The position numbers were made by a program, and so were the translations under genes. A stretch of DNA of 64,000 nt from an uncultured Candidatus Rokubacteria bacterium (lineage in GTDB: Bacteria; Methylomirabilota; Methylomirabilia; Rokubacteriales; CSP1-6). The notes below the pieces were generated by a model. It was not told the origin of the DNA. It saw only the letters and a program-made list of their open reading frames with translations, and made no database searches. The stretch's first letter is position 1. Every line of letters begins with the position of its first letter. Below, piece after piece: positions 29,260-41,707 of the stretch. The stretch covers positions 64,001-128,000 of the forward strand of contig CAVXJS010000010.1 in the NCBI GenBank assembly GCA_963762145.1, read 5' to 3'.

Positions 29260-32200
29260 CCAGCGCCGCGGCCAGGGGCTCCATGCCCGAGCGTCTTCGC
29301 GAGCGCGAGCCCCTCGGCATAGTACCGGCTCGCCTGCTCGAGATCCGGCGCGGCGCCGCTCGCCGCGATCTGGCCGAGCAGCCGCAGGATGTAGGCCTCG
29401 TGGCCTCGCTCGCCCTGCCGCCGGGCCAGCTCCAGCGCGCGGGCTCCGAGGCGCCGCGCCGCGCTCTCGTCGCCCGCCCGCAGGTGCGCCTCGGCGAGCC
29501 ACATCAGGCGGAGGGCGTGGTTGGCCGCCCACTGCATGTCCTCGGCCCGCTGGACGGCATCCTCCAGGAGCCGGAGCCCCTCCTCGGTCCGCCCGATCTG
29601 CGAGTACGCCCGGCCCAGCGGGGCGGCGGCGAGCGGGAACAGGAACGGGATGTCGGCCACGCGGGCGATCACGAGCGCCGCGCTCCAGCGGCACGATCGC
29701 GCCCTCGTGGTTCCCGCCGAGATTGCGCAGCATGCCCGGTCCCCGCGTGGGCGACGATCAGGCTGTACGCGTGATCCTCCGCCTCGGCGAGGGCCGTCGC
29801 CTCCTCCGCGAGCGCGGCGGCCTCCTGCGCGTTCCCGCATTCCGCGGCGCAGAACGCCAGCCAGACGCGGGACATGACCGCCGGCAGGCCGGCCAGCCTC
29901 GAACAGCTGGCGCTTGAGATCGCCTTCGAGCAGCGTCACGGTGCGGGTGAGCGCCTCGGTCGCCTTCGGGTAGTCGCCGAGCGAGTGGTAGATCTGCCCG
30001 ATGCGCAGGTTGGAGAGGATCGTCCACGCGAAGTTCCCGAAGCTGGCGCTGAACGTGCGCTCGCGCTGGGCCAGCGTCAGGGCGCGATCGTACTCGCCGC
30101 GGAACCACAGGTGGCCGGCACTCTCCGCGCCGCCCATCACGCCGGCGGCGTCGATGCTCGGCTTGGACCCGGCGGAGCCCATCTCCCGGAGATAGTGCAG
30201 GGCCTTCTCCCACATCTCGCCCCGGAAGGCGTGGTGGGCGAGGCGGTCGGCGTGCTCGCTCAGCCGATCCGCATAGACGCGCTCGATGGCGCCGACGATC
30301 CGGGCGTGGAGCGCGCGGCGCCGGTCGTGCAGCAGGCTGCCGTAGGCGACCTCGTGGGTGAGCGCGTGCTTGAAGGTGTACTCGAGGTCGGGGAAGAGCT
30401 TGGCCTCGTAGACGAACTCGGCCGCCTGGAGGCGCGCCAGGCCGCTCCGCAGGTCGTCCTCCTTGTGCTCCGCGGTCTCGAGCAGCAGGCTCCACGGCAG
30501 ATCCTTGCCGATGACCGAGGCGAGCTGGAGCAGGCGCTTGTCGCCGGCGGGCAGGCGGTCGATGCGCGCGGCCAGGATCGCCTGGACGGTCGCCGGGATC
30601 TGGATCGCGCCGGGATCCTTGCCGAGCCGGTACGCGCCGCGCTCCCCGACGAGCACCTCCATCTCGACGAGGGCCCGGACGCTCTCCTCGAGGAAGAGCG
30701 GGTTGCCCTCCGTGCGCTCGATGAGCAGGCGGCGGATCGGGTGCAGCGCCGCATCGTCGCCCAGCAGCGCCTCCAGGAGCGCGCGGGCGGTGTCGGGCGG
30801 CAGGGCATCGATCCGGAGCTGCTGGTAGTAGCTCTTGTTGCCCCACGGCTGCTGATACTCCGGCCGGTAGTTGACCGCGAGCAGGATGGGCGTCGTCGGC
30901 AGGCTCTCGACGAGGGCGTCCAGCAGCGCCTGGGTCTCGGCGTCGATCCAGTGGAGGTCCTCGAAGACCAGGACCAGCGGCTGCGTGCGGCTCTCCCGGA
31001 GCAGCACGCGCTTGACGGCCTCGAGCGTCCGCGTGCGGCGCGCGGCCGGCTCGAGCCCCATGAGCTCGTGATCCTTCGGGAGCGCGTCGAGCACCCACAG
31101 GAGCGGCGGCACGCTGTCCTTCAGGCCCTCGTCGAGCGTGAGGACGTTGCCGGTCACCTTGGCGCGCACCGCGCGCACGTCGTCGTGCTCCGCGATCTTG
31201 AAGTAGCTCTTGAGCAGGTCGATCGTGGGCAGCCACGGCGTCGCCTTGCCGTACGACACCGAGCTCGACTCCAGCACGAGCCAGCCCTCGGTCCGGTGCG
31301 AGCGGATGAACTCGTAGAAGAGGCGCGACTTGCCGACCCCGGGCTCGCCCACCACCGCCACGATCTGGCCGCGGCCGCGCCCGGCCTGCTCGAGCGCCTG
31401 GCGGAGCTGATCGACCTCCGCGTCGCGCCCGACGAAGCGGGTGAGCCCCCGCGCCGCCGAGGCCTGCAGGCGCGTGCGGGCCGTGCCGACGCCCGCGACC
31501 TCGTAGACGGGCACCGGCTCGGCCAGGCCCTTGATCGGCGTGGGCCCGAGCGCCTTCACCTGGACGAACCCCTCGGCCCCGCGCAGGGTGCTCTCGGTGA
31601 TGAGGGTGGTGCCGGGACGGGCGAGCTGCTCCATCCGCGCGGCCAGGTGCGTCGTCTGGCCGACCGCCGTGTAGTCCATGTGGAGATCGCTGCCGATCGA
31701 GCGCACCACGACGTCCCCGGAATTGAGGCCGACGCGGATCTGCACGTCGACCCCGTGGCGCTTGCGGAGGTCCTCGGTGTACTGGGCGACCGCGTTCTGC
31801 ATCCGGAGCGCGGCATAGCAGGCCCGGGTCGCGTGATCCTCGTGCGCGAGCGGCGCGCCGAAGAGCGCCATGATGCCGTCGCCCAGCACCTGGTTGACGG
31901 TCCCCTCGTAGCGGTGCACGGCCTCCATCATCAGCTCGAGCACCGGATCGATGATCCGCCGCGCCTCCTCCGGATCCCGGTCCGCGAGCAGCTCCATCGA
32001 GCCCTTGAGATCCGCGAAGAGCACCGTCACGTGCTTGCGCTCGCCCTCGAGCGCGGCCTTCGAGGTGAGGATCTTCTCCGCGAGGTGCCGGGGGGTGTAC
32101 GTCTCGGGCGCGGCCGCTCGCTCCGCGGCCGTGAACGTGGCCACGGCCTGCCCGCACTGCAGACAGAAGCGCGCGGTGCCGGGCAGCTCGGCGCCACAGG

Positions 32201-32288
32201 ACGCGCAAGCCAGCGCCAGGCGGCTGCCGCAGCCGAGGCAGAAGCGGGCGTGCGCCGGATTATCCTGCTGGCACCGGGGGCACTTCAT
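29256..32288 (-). CDS. Double zinc ribbon + class III nucleotide cyclase + AAA (STAND-like) + TPR protein; indels in the C-terminal region
   Basis: CPRC..FCLGC..CASC..FCLQC; TVLFADLKGS, GDGIMALFG; GEPGVGKS; FEDLHW; GNPLF. Confidence 0.9.
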   Translation of the reverse strand: MKCPRCQQDNPAHARFCLGCGSRLALACASCGAELPGTARFCLQCGQAVATFTAAERAAAPETYTPRHLAEKILTSKAALEGERKHVTVLFADLKGSMELLADRDPEEARRIIDPVLELMMEAVHRYEGTVNQVLGDGIMALFGAPLAHEDHATRACYAALRMQNAVAQYTEDLRKRHGVDVQIRVGLNSGDVVVRSIGSDLHMDYTAVGQTTHLAARMEQLARPGTTLITESTLRGAEGFVQVKALGPTPIKGLAEPVPVYEVAGVGTARTRLQASAARGLTRFVGRDAEVDQLRQALEQAGRGRGQIVAVVGEPGVGKSRLFYEFIRSHRTEGWLVLESSSVSYGKATPWLPTIDLLKSYFKIAEHDDVRAVRAKVTGNVLTLDEGLKDSVPPLLWVLDALPKDHELMGLEPAARRTRTLEAVKRVLLRESRTQPLVLVFEDLHWIDAETQALLDALVESLPTTPILLAVNYRPEYQQPWGNKSYYQQLRIDALPPDTARALLEALLGDDAALHPIRRLLIERTEGNPLFLEESVRALVEMEVLVGERGAYRLGKDPGAIQIPATVQAILAARIDRLPAGDKRLLQLASVIGKDLPWSLLLETAEHKEDDLRSGLARLQAAEFVYEAKLFPDLEYTFKHALTHEVAYGSLLHDRRRALHARIVGAIERVYADRLSEHADRLAHHAFRGEMWEKALHYLREMGSAGSKPSIDAAGVMGGAESAGHLWFRGEYDRALTLAQRERTFSASFGNFAWTILSNLRIGQIYHSLGDYPKATEALTRTVTLLEGDLKRQLFEAGRPAGGHVPRLAGVLRRGMRERAGGRRARGGGDGPRRGGGSRVQPDRRPRGDRACCAISAGTTRARSCRWSAALVIARVADIPFLFPLAAAPLGRAYSQIGRTEEGLRLLEDAVQRAEDMQWAANHALRLMWLAEAHLRAGDESAARRLGARALELARRQGERGHEAYILRLLGQIAASGAAPDLEQASRYYAEGLALAKTLGHGAPGRGAG

Positions 32289-32303
32289 GGCGGGATCTGA
32301 CCT

Positions 32304-33029
32304 CTATTTGAGCGTGGCAGCGACCTGGCGAACCTGATCCGGCGTCCGCTCCCCCGCAAGCGGCGTTCCCGGCATCAAATGCTTCCCCATGGCGAGCCCG
32401 CCGATCAGAACGGGCTCGTAGCCGATCTCCCGTATCAGGCGCGACGCCAGCTCGACGGCCTTGGCGTCATCTCCGGCGATCGGCATCCCGATGCGCTCGC
32501 CCTTCTGCTCGTGCGCGGCGCCCATGCGCGTATAGCCGATCGCATTGAAGGCACGGACGATGCGGGCCCCGGGTAGAAGCTCCGCCGAGGCGAGACCGGC
32601 GCCTTTCTCCCGGGCCCATGTCGCGATGTCGCCGTCGCGCGAGGGAATCGGGTTACACGTATCGATCACCACCTTGCCCTTGACCAGGGTCCCAAGGTCC
32701 TTGCCGACGTCGGGTAGCGCTCGATACGGCACCGAGATCAGCAGCACCTCGCCGAAGGCGGCGGCCTCCCGCGGCGTTCCGGCTCGCGCATTGGGCCCAA
32801 GGCTGGCGGCCAGCTTCTTGTCGTTATCGAGATCGCGCGACGAGAACATGACTTCGTGCCCGGCCTTCACCCACACGCCGCCCAGTGTCCCGCCGACTCT
32901 GCCGGAGCCGACGACGCCGATCTTCAGTTTGTCAGTGGCGGCGCGGGCGGCAAACGGCAGACCGCCGAGCGCCAGTGCCGCCGTGGCCGCCCCGGCCCCG
33001 GCAAGAAATCCGCGACGATCTTGTTTCAT
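32304..33029 (-). CDS. Tat-exported NADP oxidoreductase (F420_oxidored family)
   Basis: RRGFL signal; IGVVGSGRVG; IDTCNP; VRAFN. Confidence 0.85.
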   Translation of the reverse strand: MKQDRRGFLAGAGAATAALALGGLPFAARAATDKLKIGVVGSGRVGGTLGGVWVKAGHEVMFSSRDLDNDKKLAASLGPNARAGTPREAAAFGEVLLISVPYRALPDVGKDLGTLVKGKVVIDTCNPIPSRDGDIATWAREKGAGLASAELLPGARIVRAFNAIGYTRMGAAHEQKGERIGMPIAGDDAKAVELASRLIREIGYEPVLIGGLAMGKHLMPGTPLAGERTPDQVRQVAATLK

Positions 33030-33076
33030 GGCGCCGCTCCTTTCATGACAAGCCTTCAGAAGGATAGTAGCAAACG

Positions 33077-34399
33077 CTATCGTGCCGCCTCGGCCGGGAC
33101 GCCATGCGGCTCCCTTGCCGCCCGCTCGCGCTGCGCGCGTCCCAGCCACAGCCCGAGCGCCACCCATACGATCGCCAGCGGTACCGCGACGGCTGCGAGC
33201 GCGGCCAATCCCATGCCCAGCCGTCCCAGTAGACCTTCGGTCTGTGCGCCGATGACATCACCACCCCGGAAGACGAACGTGTCGATGAACGCCTTCGACT
33301 TGTACCGGTCGGCGCGGGGGACGACGGTGAACAGCGTCTCGCGCGCGGGCCGCATGATGCCGCGCTGCACGGCGCGGAACGTCGCCTCGAAGGCGATGAG
33401 CGCCGCAACCGAGCCGACGATCGCGAGACCGATGAAGCCCAGGGCCGCCGTGATCGGCAGCACCGCGAGCGTGAGGGAGACGCCGAGCCGCTTCATGAGG
33501 TGCCCGGTCACGATCGCCTGCAGGACGAGCGTGGCCACCTGGGTGATCATATCGATCCGCGCGAACATCGCGGTGCGCATGTCGAGGCTGGTCCCCAGCG
33601 CCGCCACCATCTGCAGGCGGGTGAAGTAGACGAACGTGGCCATCACCGCGATGATCACCACGTACGCGGCGATGGCGAGGAGATAGGGCGAGCGGAAGAC
33701 CGCCGGGAAGCCTTCCCAGGCGCTGCCGCCGATCACGGCGTGCTCCGTCGACGCCGGCGCATCGTCCCGGTCGCTCCGGGTCGCCTCGAGCCGATCCGTC
33801 CGGAGACGGGTAAGCCACCAGGCGGCGCCGATCGCGAGCAGGAGGAACCCGACCGCGACCAGCAGCAGCGCTGGTGTGCCGAGCGGCCTGGCGAGCAGGC
33901 TCGCGAGCCACGGGCCGAAGATCGCGCCCAGCGTTCCGCCCACGGCGACCGCCCCGAAGAGGCGCTTGCTTTGCTCCAGCGAGAAGCGGTCCGTCATCAG
34001 GGCCCAGAAGAGCATCGTGGCGAACAGGTTGAAGACGCTGAACCAGACGTAGAAGACCTGGCCGGTCCACTCCCCGATGCTGGCCGGCGCCAGCACGAGC
34101 AAGGCGTAGAACGCCAGCAGGCTGACGGCGAAGAAGAGGTAGGTCGCGTTGATGAAGACCAGGCGGCGGTACCGGCTGACGAGCAGGCCGAAGAGCGGGT
34201 TGACGAGGAGAGTGACGACGACGGTGCCGATGAAGAGCCACCGGATCGCCTCGATGCCGCGCTGCATGCCCAGCGCCTCGCGCGCCGGCCGCACGACCAT
34301 CAGCGCCGTGAGGACGCAGAAAAAGAACAGCCCCGCGACGAGGGTCGGACCGGTCTCATCGCGGCGTATGTTCGCAAAACGTTGAAGCATGGCGGTCAT
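33077..34399 (-). CDS. NTP/NDP exchange (TLC/Npt-like) MFS transporter
   Basis: VRPARE, WFSVFNLF..FW, QSKRLFG, PARETLFT, YKSKAFIDTFVFRGGD. Confidence 0.85.
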   Translation of the reverse strand: MTAMLQRFANIRRDETGPTLVAGLFFFCVLTALMVVRPAREALGMQRGIEAIRWLFIGTVVVTLLVNPLFGLLVSRYRRLVFINATYLFFAVSLLAFYALLVLAPASIGEWTGQVFYVWFSVFNLFATMLFWALMTDRFSLEQSKRLFGAVAVGGTLGAIFGPWLASLLARPLGTPALLLVAVGFLLLAIGAAWWLTRLRTDRLEATRSDRDDAPASTEHAVIGGSAWEGFPAVFRSPYLLAIAAYVVIIAVMATFVYFTRLQMVAALGTSLDMRTAMFARIDMITQVATLVLQAIVTGHLMKRLGVSLTLAVLPITAALGFIGLAIVGSVAALIAFEATFRAVQRGIMRPARETLFTVVPRADRYKSKAFIDTFVFRGGDVIGAQTEGLLGRLGMGLAALAAVAVPLAIVWVALGLWLGRAQRERAAREPHGVPAEAAR

Positions 34400-34522
34400 G
34401 CCGGCATCTTACAACCTGTTCATGCCGGGGCGCCGGCCGCTTACTTGTGGCAGACTCCACCCCGGACGCGGCGTCCGCGTCCCACTAGCTCACACGACTC
34501 GCCCACAGGAGCCACCGTCCGC

Positions 34523-36462
34523 ATGAAGCCCCTCGACCCCGCCGCCCGGCCGTCTGCCGCCGCATTCGACGTCCACCGCACCGAGAACGTCATGCTCCCC
34601 ATGCGCGACGGCGTCCGCATGGCGACCGACGTCTACCGCCCGGCCCGCGCCGGCCGCCCGCTGGCCGACCGCCGCCCCGTCCTCCTGCATCGCACGCCCT
34701 ATAACAAGGTGGAGACCGAGGCGACGTCAGGCGAGTGCCAGCTACTTCGCCGCGCGCGGCTACGTGGTGGTGAACCAGGACTGCCGCGGCTGCTTCGGCT
34801 CGGAAGGCGACGTCAACTTCCTGATCCCCGAGGCCGAGGACGGCGCCGACACCGTCGCCTGGATCCGCAAGCAGGAGTGGTGCGACGGCACGGTGGGCAC
34901 CTTCGGCACCTCGTGGTCCGGCTGGACGCAGACCGCCCTGGCCGCGCTGGGCCCCGAGGGCCTCGCCACCATGGTGGCGAACATGAGCGGCGCCGACGCC
35001 CACGAGAGCAGCGTCCGTCACGGCGGCGCGCTCGAGCTGCGCTTCCTCGCCTGGGCCTTCTGGCATTCGGCCTACAACACGCAGGCCGCCCTGACCGCGC
35101 AGCCCCACGTGCAGGCCGCGCTCAACCAGGGCGCCCCGCGCTTCTCCGACTGGCTCGAGCGCATGCCCATCCGCCCCGGCCAGACCCAGCTCGCCCTGGT
35201 GCCGCCCTACGAGAAGTGGGCGCTCGAGATCCTCACCCGCGCCGACTACGACGACTACTGGAAGCACCCGAGCGTGGACTTCCGCCGCCACTGGGACCGC
35301 GTCCCCGACATGCCGATCCTGCTGGTGGGCGGCTGGTACGACTCCTACACGCGCGCCACCTTCCAGAACTTCGTCGGCCTGGGCGCCGGCGGGCGGCGGC
35401 CGGTGCGCGTCCTGATGGGCCCGTGGACCCACGGCGGCAAGACCATGGAGCTCTCCTACGCGGGCGACGTGGAGTTCGGCCACGACGCCGCGCTGCCGAG
35501 CTTCGACGAGCTGCACCTGCGCTGGTACGACCGGTGGCTGCGCGGCGTGGACAACGGCCTGGACGCCGAGGCGCCGCTGCGCATCTTCGTGATGGGCGGC
35601 GGCTCGGGCCGGCGCTCGGGCGCGGGCCGGCTCGTGCACGGCGGCCGCTGGCGCGACGAGCACGAGTGGCCGCTGGCCCGCACGCGCTTCACCGACTTCT
35701 ACCTGCACGGCGACGGGTCGTTGACGACGGACCCGCCGCGCGAGGCCAGCTCCGCCACCACCTACCGGTTCGACCCGGCCCGCCCCGTGCCGTCCATCGG
35801 CGGCAACGTGTCATCCCTGCGCGACGTGCTGCCGCTGCCCGCCGGCCTCGCGGACCCGAGCTACGCCGGCCGCGGCGAGCGCACGGTGGACGTCATGCGC
35901 CCGGGCGGCTTCGACCAGCGCGAGGCCCCCGGCTTCCACGGCTGCCGCCCGCCCTACCTGCCGCTGGGCTCCCGGCCCGACGTGCTGGTGTTCCAGACGA
36001 CGCCGCTGCCGCGAGGCGGTGGAGGTGACCGGGCCCATCGAGGTGCACCTGTGGGTGGCCACCTCCGCGGTGGACACCGACTTCACCGCCAAGCTGATCG
36101 ACGTCTACCCGCCGAGCGCGTGGTACCCGCAGGGCTATGCGCTGAACCTGACCGACAGCATCGCGCGGCTCCGCTACCGCAACGGCCGCGAGCGGGGGGA
36201 GCTGGTGAAGCCGGGCGAGCCCGTGCAGGTGACGCTCACGCTCTATCCGACGAGCAACCTGTTCATGCCGGGGCACCGGATCCGGCTGGACGTGTCGAGC
36301 TCGAACTTCCCGCGGTTCGACGTGAATCCCAACACGGGGGAGGCGATCGGGCGGGAGCGGCGGCGGGTGGTGGCGGACAACACCGTGTTCCACGAGCGGG
36401 GGCGGGAGTCGCGGGTGGTGTTGCCGGTCGTTCCGATCGAGCCCTCGATAGGTAGCGGCTAG
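34523..36462 (+). CDS. CocE/NonD family hydrolase; indels near 34740 and 36015
   Basis: MRDGVRMATDVYRP, RTPYNK, QDCRG, GTSW, GPWTH, SSSNFPRFDVNPNTG. Confidence 0.9.
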
Positions 36463-36884
36463 CATCGGTTCCAGGGCGGTCCTTCGCCGGACGGCCCCGG
36501 AAGCGAAGCAGGAGAGCCCGAAGGCCCAGCCTCGAAGAGCAGAGTGCCTGGACTAAGGTCCAACTAGGCAGCGGACAGGCAGGAGAGAGACAGTATGAGT
36601 GCCTACTGCGGGCTCTCTCGGTGGCGCACCTTGGCGCCAGACTCCTGTGGCATCTGGCTTGATCCTCCCGGTTCAGAACGCACGCTGCGCGGCTGCTCCG
36701 TGCGTGACGAGGGCGCCAAGATGCTTGATGGATACATCGTACGTGAGCAGGATCGGGCAGCCGTCCAGTGGCGAGCTTCGTGCGCCGCTGACGATGCACT
36801 GAGGCGGCAGATAGAAGCCCGCTTGTCCGAGGGTGGCTTGCCCGCCGTCCCCCACGGTGTTTCCAGCGTCGATGGGCGGGCTCA

Positions 36885-37178
36885 ATGATTACCGAGACCC
36901 TCAACGATGATCTGAGGAGAGGGGTGCGCGCCCGGCTGTCCGAGCGCACGCTGTTTCCCGCTACGGGGATGTCGTCAATACGTCGGGGAACCGGACGGCC
37001 GTGTGACGTGTGCGGGCACTCGATTGACTCACCCACTCTGGAACGCGAAGTCGAAGGCGCCGGCGTGCTCGGTCTCGCCCATCCGCTTTGCTACACGATG
37101 TGGCGCGCGGAGTCTGCTCTTCTCAAACGCCCCACCCGCTGGCGAGACTCAAATCGACTATCACGAGTGACTTGGTAG
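36885..37178 (+). CDS. Small CxxC...HxxC putative zinc-binding protein
   Basis: GTGRPCDVC...AHPLCYTMWRAES; paralogue at 58104-58430. Confidence 0.6.
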   Translation: MITETLNDDLRRGVRARLSERTLFPATGMSSIRRGTGRPCDVCGHSIDSPTLEREVEGAGVLGLAHPLCYTMWRAESALLKRPTRWRDSNRLSRVTW

Positions 37179-37367
37179 GGAGGGAATCGCCATGAGACGG
37201 GACGGAGGCCTCCGACGTGCGGCCGCAGTGCTGCTGCAGACCACATTGGCGATGGGGATTCTGGTCGGTTGCGCTGGGGCGCCGCGCCCAACCGACGGTA
37301 TCCGGGATCTACCCCATATCGCGAGCCAAGCGCCATCCAAGGAGATGGAACCTCGCCACAAGTGATC

Positions 37368-37387
37368 TAGTGGACCATGGTCCACTA
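37368..37387. promoter_or_regulatory. Perfect 20-bp palindrome TAGTGGACCATGGTCCACTA (operator-like)
   Basis: Read directly; intergenic, about 70 bp upstream of ATG 37460. Confidence 0.6.
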
Positions 37388-37459
37388 TCCAGGCCGAAGC
37401 GTGCCTCGCTACACTGGACGCTGATCGCACATATTCTCCGGAAGGCCAGGAGGCATCTC

Positions 37460-37825
37460 ATGCAAGCGTTACGCGCATCGCTCAAGCCAGGGATCTGGGG
37501 TCTGATAATCGGCAGCATTCTCACCATGATCGTGGGTTTCAGCTGGGGAGGCTGGACGACGAGTAGCACGGCAGGCCGACAGGCGATGCTACAGGCCGAT
37601 ACCGCGGTCACCACGGCGCTGGTACCGATCTGTCTCGCCGGGAAGAGAGCGGATGTGGCCTACGCCAAGAAGCTCGGCGAGCTCACGGCCATCACGTCGT
37701 CCTACGAACAGACCGAGTTCGTGATGAAGACCGGATGGGCGACGTTCCCAGGGCAACCGGACCCCAATCGAGCTGTGGCAGAAGCCTGCGCATCGGCACT
37801 TCTCAAGACCGCGGCTGCGAAGTAG
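37460..37825 (+). CDS. Conserved hypothetical membrane-anchored protein (GFxWGGW type)
   Basis: AGGAGG RBS; TM then GFSWGGW, PIC, GWAT.PG, VAEAC. Confidence 0.7.
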   Translation: MQALRASLKPGIWGLIIGSILTMIVGFSWGGWTTSSTAGRQAMLQADTAVTTALVPICLAGKRADVAYAKKLGELTAITSSYEQTEFVMKTGWATFPGQPDPNRAVAEACASALLKTAAAK

Positions 37826-37908
37826 CGCACCGAGATCGCCCAACTCATCCGCGATGGCACAGCATCGCGGCGGAGGTTGTTTCGCTTCCCACCCCGAGCG
37901 ATTCCTCG

Positions 37909-37940
37909 CTTGACATATCAAGCTATATCTTATATAAGAT
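37909..37940 (+). promoter_or_regulatory. groESL sigma70 promoter overlapped by two palindromes
   Basis: TTGACA-N17-TATAAG; CTTGA-CATA-TCAAG and ATCTTATATAAGAT. Confidence 0.7.
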
Positions 37941-38065
37941 GCATGTAGTAATATACACAGCGAACCGGCCAGCTAGATCCTTCGCGGCGATGTTGCGGTA
38001 ACAAGCACCCCGCTGATCGGGATGCTCCCACGTTTCACCCCTTACCATCGGGAGGCCAGAGAACC

Positions 38066-38353
38066 ATGAAGATTCGTCCGTTACACGACCACATCCTCGT
38101 CGAGCGCGAGGAGGAAAAGGCAGTCAAGAAGGGCAGCATCATCATTCCGGATACCGCCAAGGAGAAGCCCCAGGAGGGCAAGGTGATCGCGGTGGGCAAC
38201 GGGAAGATGAACGAGGACGGTAAGCGGATCCCTCTGGATGTGAAGGCCCACAATCGCATCCTGTTCGGCAAGTATTCGGGCTCCGAGGTGAAGGTCGACG
38301 ACCAGGAGTATCTGATCATGAAGGAAGACGACGTGCTGGCCGTCATCGAGTAG
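38066..38353 (+). CDS. groES: Co-chaperonin GroES
   Basis: [30 protein letters not shown]. Confidence 0.97.
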   Translation: MKIRPLHDHILVEREEEKAVKKGSIIIPDTAKEKPQEGKVIAVGNGKMNEDGKRIPLDVKAHNRILFGKYSGSEVKVDDQEYLIMKEDDVLAVIE

Positions 38354-38430
38354 TCGCGTCGAGCACGCACAGTCAGCCCAACCCGGCCGCGACGGCCGGG
38401 CCACCCTATCGAATCGAGGAGAAGCATCAA

Positions 38431-40051
<1,621 letters not shown>

Positions 40052-40070
40052 GGTCGGATCCAGGTACGGC

Positions 40071-40096
40071 GGCCCTTGCCGGCAACGGCAGGGGCC
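40071..40096 (+). terminator. Stem-loop after groEL
   Basis: GGCCCTTGCCG-GCAA-CGGCAGGGGCC with a GNRA loop. Confidence 0.6.
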
Positions 40097-40333
40097 GTGC
40101 ACGGCCCGGGAAAGGACTCGGCACGTATGGCACTCAGTCCCAAGATGCTGGCCATCATCGAGAAAGTCGACGCCGCAGACGCCGCGCACTCAGCGAGTCT
40201 CCACGCGGCTGCCAAGGAAGAGGCAGAGGCACGCGAGAAGGCAACGCGCTTAGAGCGAGAAGTCCGAGCGGGCGCGGCCAAGACAAGGCAAGCTGTAGGG
40301 CGTCGTTCTAAATCGTAACCAACTGAGCTTCGA

Positions 40334-40510
40334 CTATCCCTTCCGTCTTGCCCTGTCCCTAGTTTTGTTAGGCCGCGTTTGAGTCTTCTGGCCGGCCCGC
40401 TGAGAGGTATCCGCTGCCGCTTTCACCTTGAGCAGATCAGAAACAACATCGTCAAAGGCCAAGCGGTATAGAGGCGGAGCCGTACTGGGTCGGACGGTGT
40501 TTGTCTTCAT
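40334..40510 (-). CDS. Small 58-aa hypothetical protein, leaderless
   Basis: Hand translation MKTNTVRPSTAPPLYRLAFDDVVSDLLKVKAAAD...; TAGACT six nt before the ATG. Confidence 0.45.
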   Translation of the reverse strand: MKTNTVRPSTAPPLYRLAFDDVVSDLLKVKAAADTSQRAGQKTQTRPNKTRDRARRKG

Positions 40511-40645
40511 GGGTCCAGTCTAACCGCGATCCTCTCCGATCTCGCATCTCTAGGTCTTAAGTCCAATGGGCCCGCGATGGCGCGATCCGCGGTATGTTCG
40601 AGGCCGGGCAACCGTCTATCTGAGCCACCGGCCAAGGGGGAAGAC

Positions 40646-41581
40646 ATGAAGTTCGGGATCCACATCGGTCACATGGGTGGTCCGCTGGGCGAGATGCGCA
40701 AGCTGTGGAAGTTCGCCGACGCCAAGGGCTTCGACTGGTTCTCGGTGTCCGACCACTTCCAGGAATCGCCTCCACGCGGCGGCGACATGGACTGCTACGA
40801 GGCGATCGCGACCCTGACCGCGGCGGCCATGGACACGCAGCGCATCCGGCTGGGCAGCGGGGTCTACTGCGTCGCCTACCGCAATCCCGGGCTGCTCGCC
40901 AAGTCGCTCACCACCATCGACCATCTGTCGAACGGCCGCGTCGACTGCGGCCTGGGCGCCGGCTGGCACGACGTCGAGGCGAAGGCGTTCGGCTTCCCGT
41001 TTCCGTCCATCGGCCCCCGCCAGGACATGCTCGAGGAGTACGCCCAGATCATGCGCCTCCTCCTGGATCCGGAGCAGCGGCGCGCGACCTTCGAGGGGAA
41101 GCACTTCCGCGTCACGGACGCCCCGAACAACCCCAAGCCGCTGCAGCCCCGGATCCCCATCTGGATCGGCGGGCGCGGCGAGAAGCGCACGCTCCGGACG
41201 GCCGCGAAGTACGCCGACGGATGGAACGGGGCCTACATCGGCCCCGACGAGTGGAAGCGTTTGGGCCAGGTCCTCGACCAGTGGTGCGAGAAGGAAGGGC
41301 GCGACCCGAAGACGATCATGCGCACCGTGAACCTCGGGTTCTATCTCGGGGCCGACGCGAAGGGCGCGGCGCGCGCCGAGGAGGTGTTCCGCGGGCACTG
41401 GGGCGGCAGCCCCGAACGCGCCGCCCGCACCGGCCACCTGCGGGGTACGGTGGCGGAGGCGCGGACCATGGTGGACCAGTTCCGGGCGCTCGGCTGCACG
41501 CGGCTCTGCATCGCGCTCCGCGAGGGGCCCTACGACTGGGAGGCGCTGGAGGCGTTCGCCGCCGAGATCGTCCGCGCATGA
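40646..41581 (+). CDS. LLM class (F420-dependent-like) oxidoreductase
   Basis: MKFGIH, GFDWFSVSDHF, YRNPGLLAK, TIDHLSNGR, IWIGGRGEKRTL. Confidence 0.9.
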   Translation: MKFGIHIGHMGGPLGEMRKLWKFADAKGFDWFSVSDHFQESPPRGGDMDCYEAIATLTAAAMDTQRIRLGSGVYCVAYRNPGLLAKSLTTIDHLSNGRVDCGLGAGWHDVEAKAFGFPFPSIGPRQDMLEEYAQIMRLLLDPEQRRATFEGKHFRVTDAPNNPKPLQPRIPIWIGGRGEKRTLRTAAKYADGWNGAYIGPDEWKRLGQVLDQWCEKEGRDPKTIMRTVNLGFYLGADAKGAARAEEVFRGHWGGSPERAARTGHLRGTVAEARTMVDQFRALGCTRLCIALREGPYDWEALEAFAAEIVRA

Positions 41582-41707
41582 GACCAAAGTCCACTGGGCG
41601 AGGGGAATCCGCGTCACTAGACTGAAGGGGTGGAAGAGTCAGAAGACCTGAAACGGGCCACGGCGCTCTGGCGGGCGGGCTACCGCTACCAGATGGACGG
41701 GGAGCTC
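41577..41707 (+). repeat. 131-bp direct repeat, copy 1 (TPR promoter plus first 26 codons)
   Basis: 122/131 identical to 50774-50904 by manual comparison. Confidence 0.92.
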
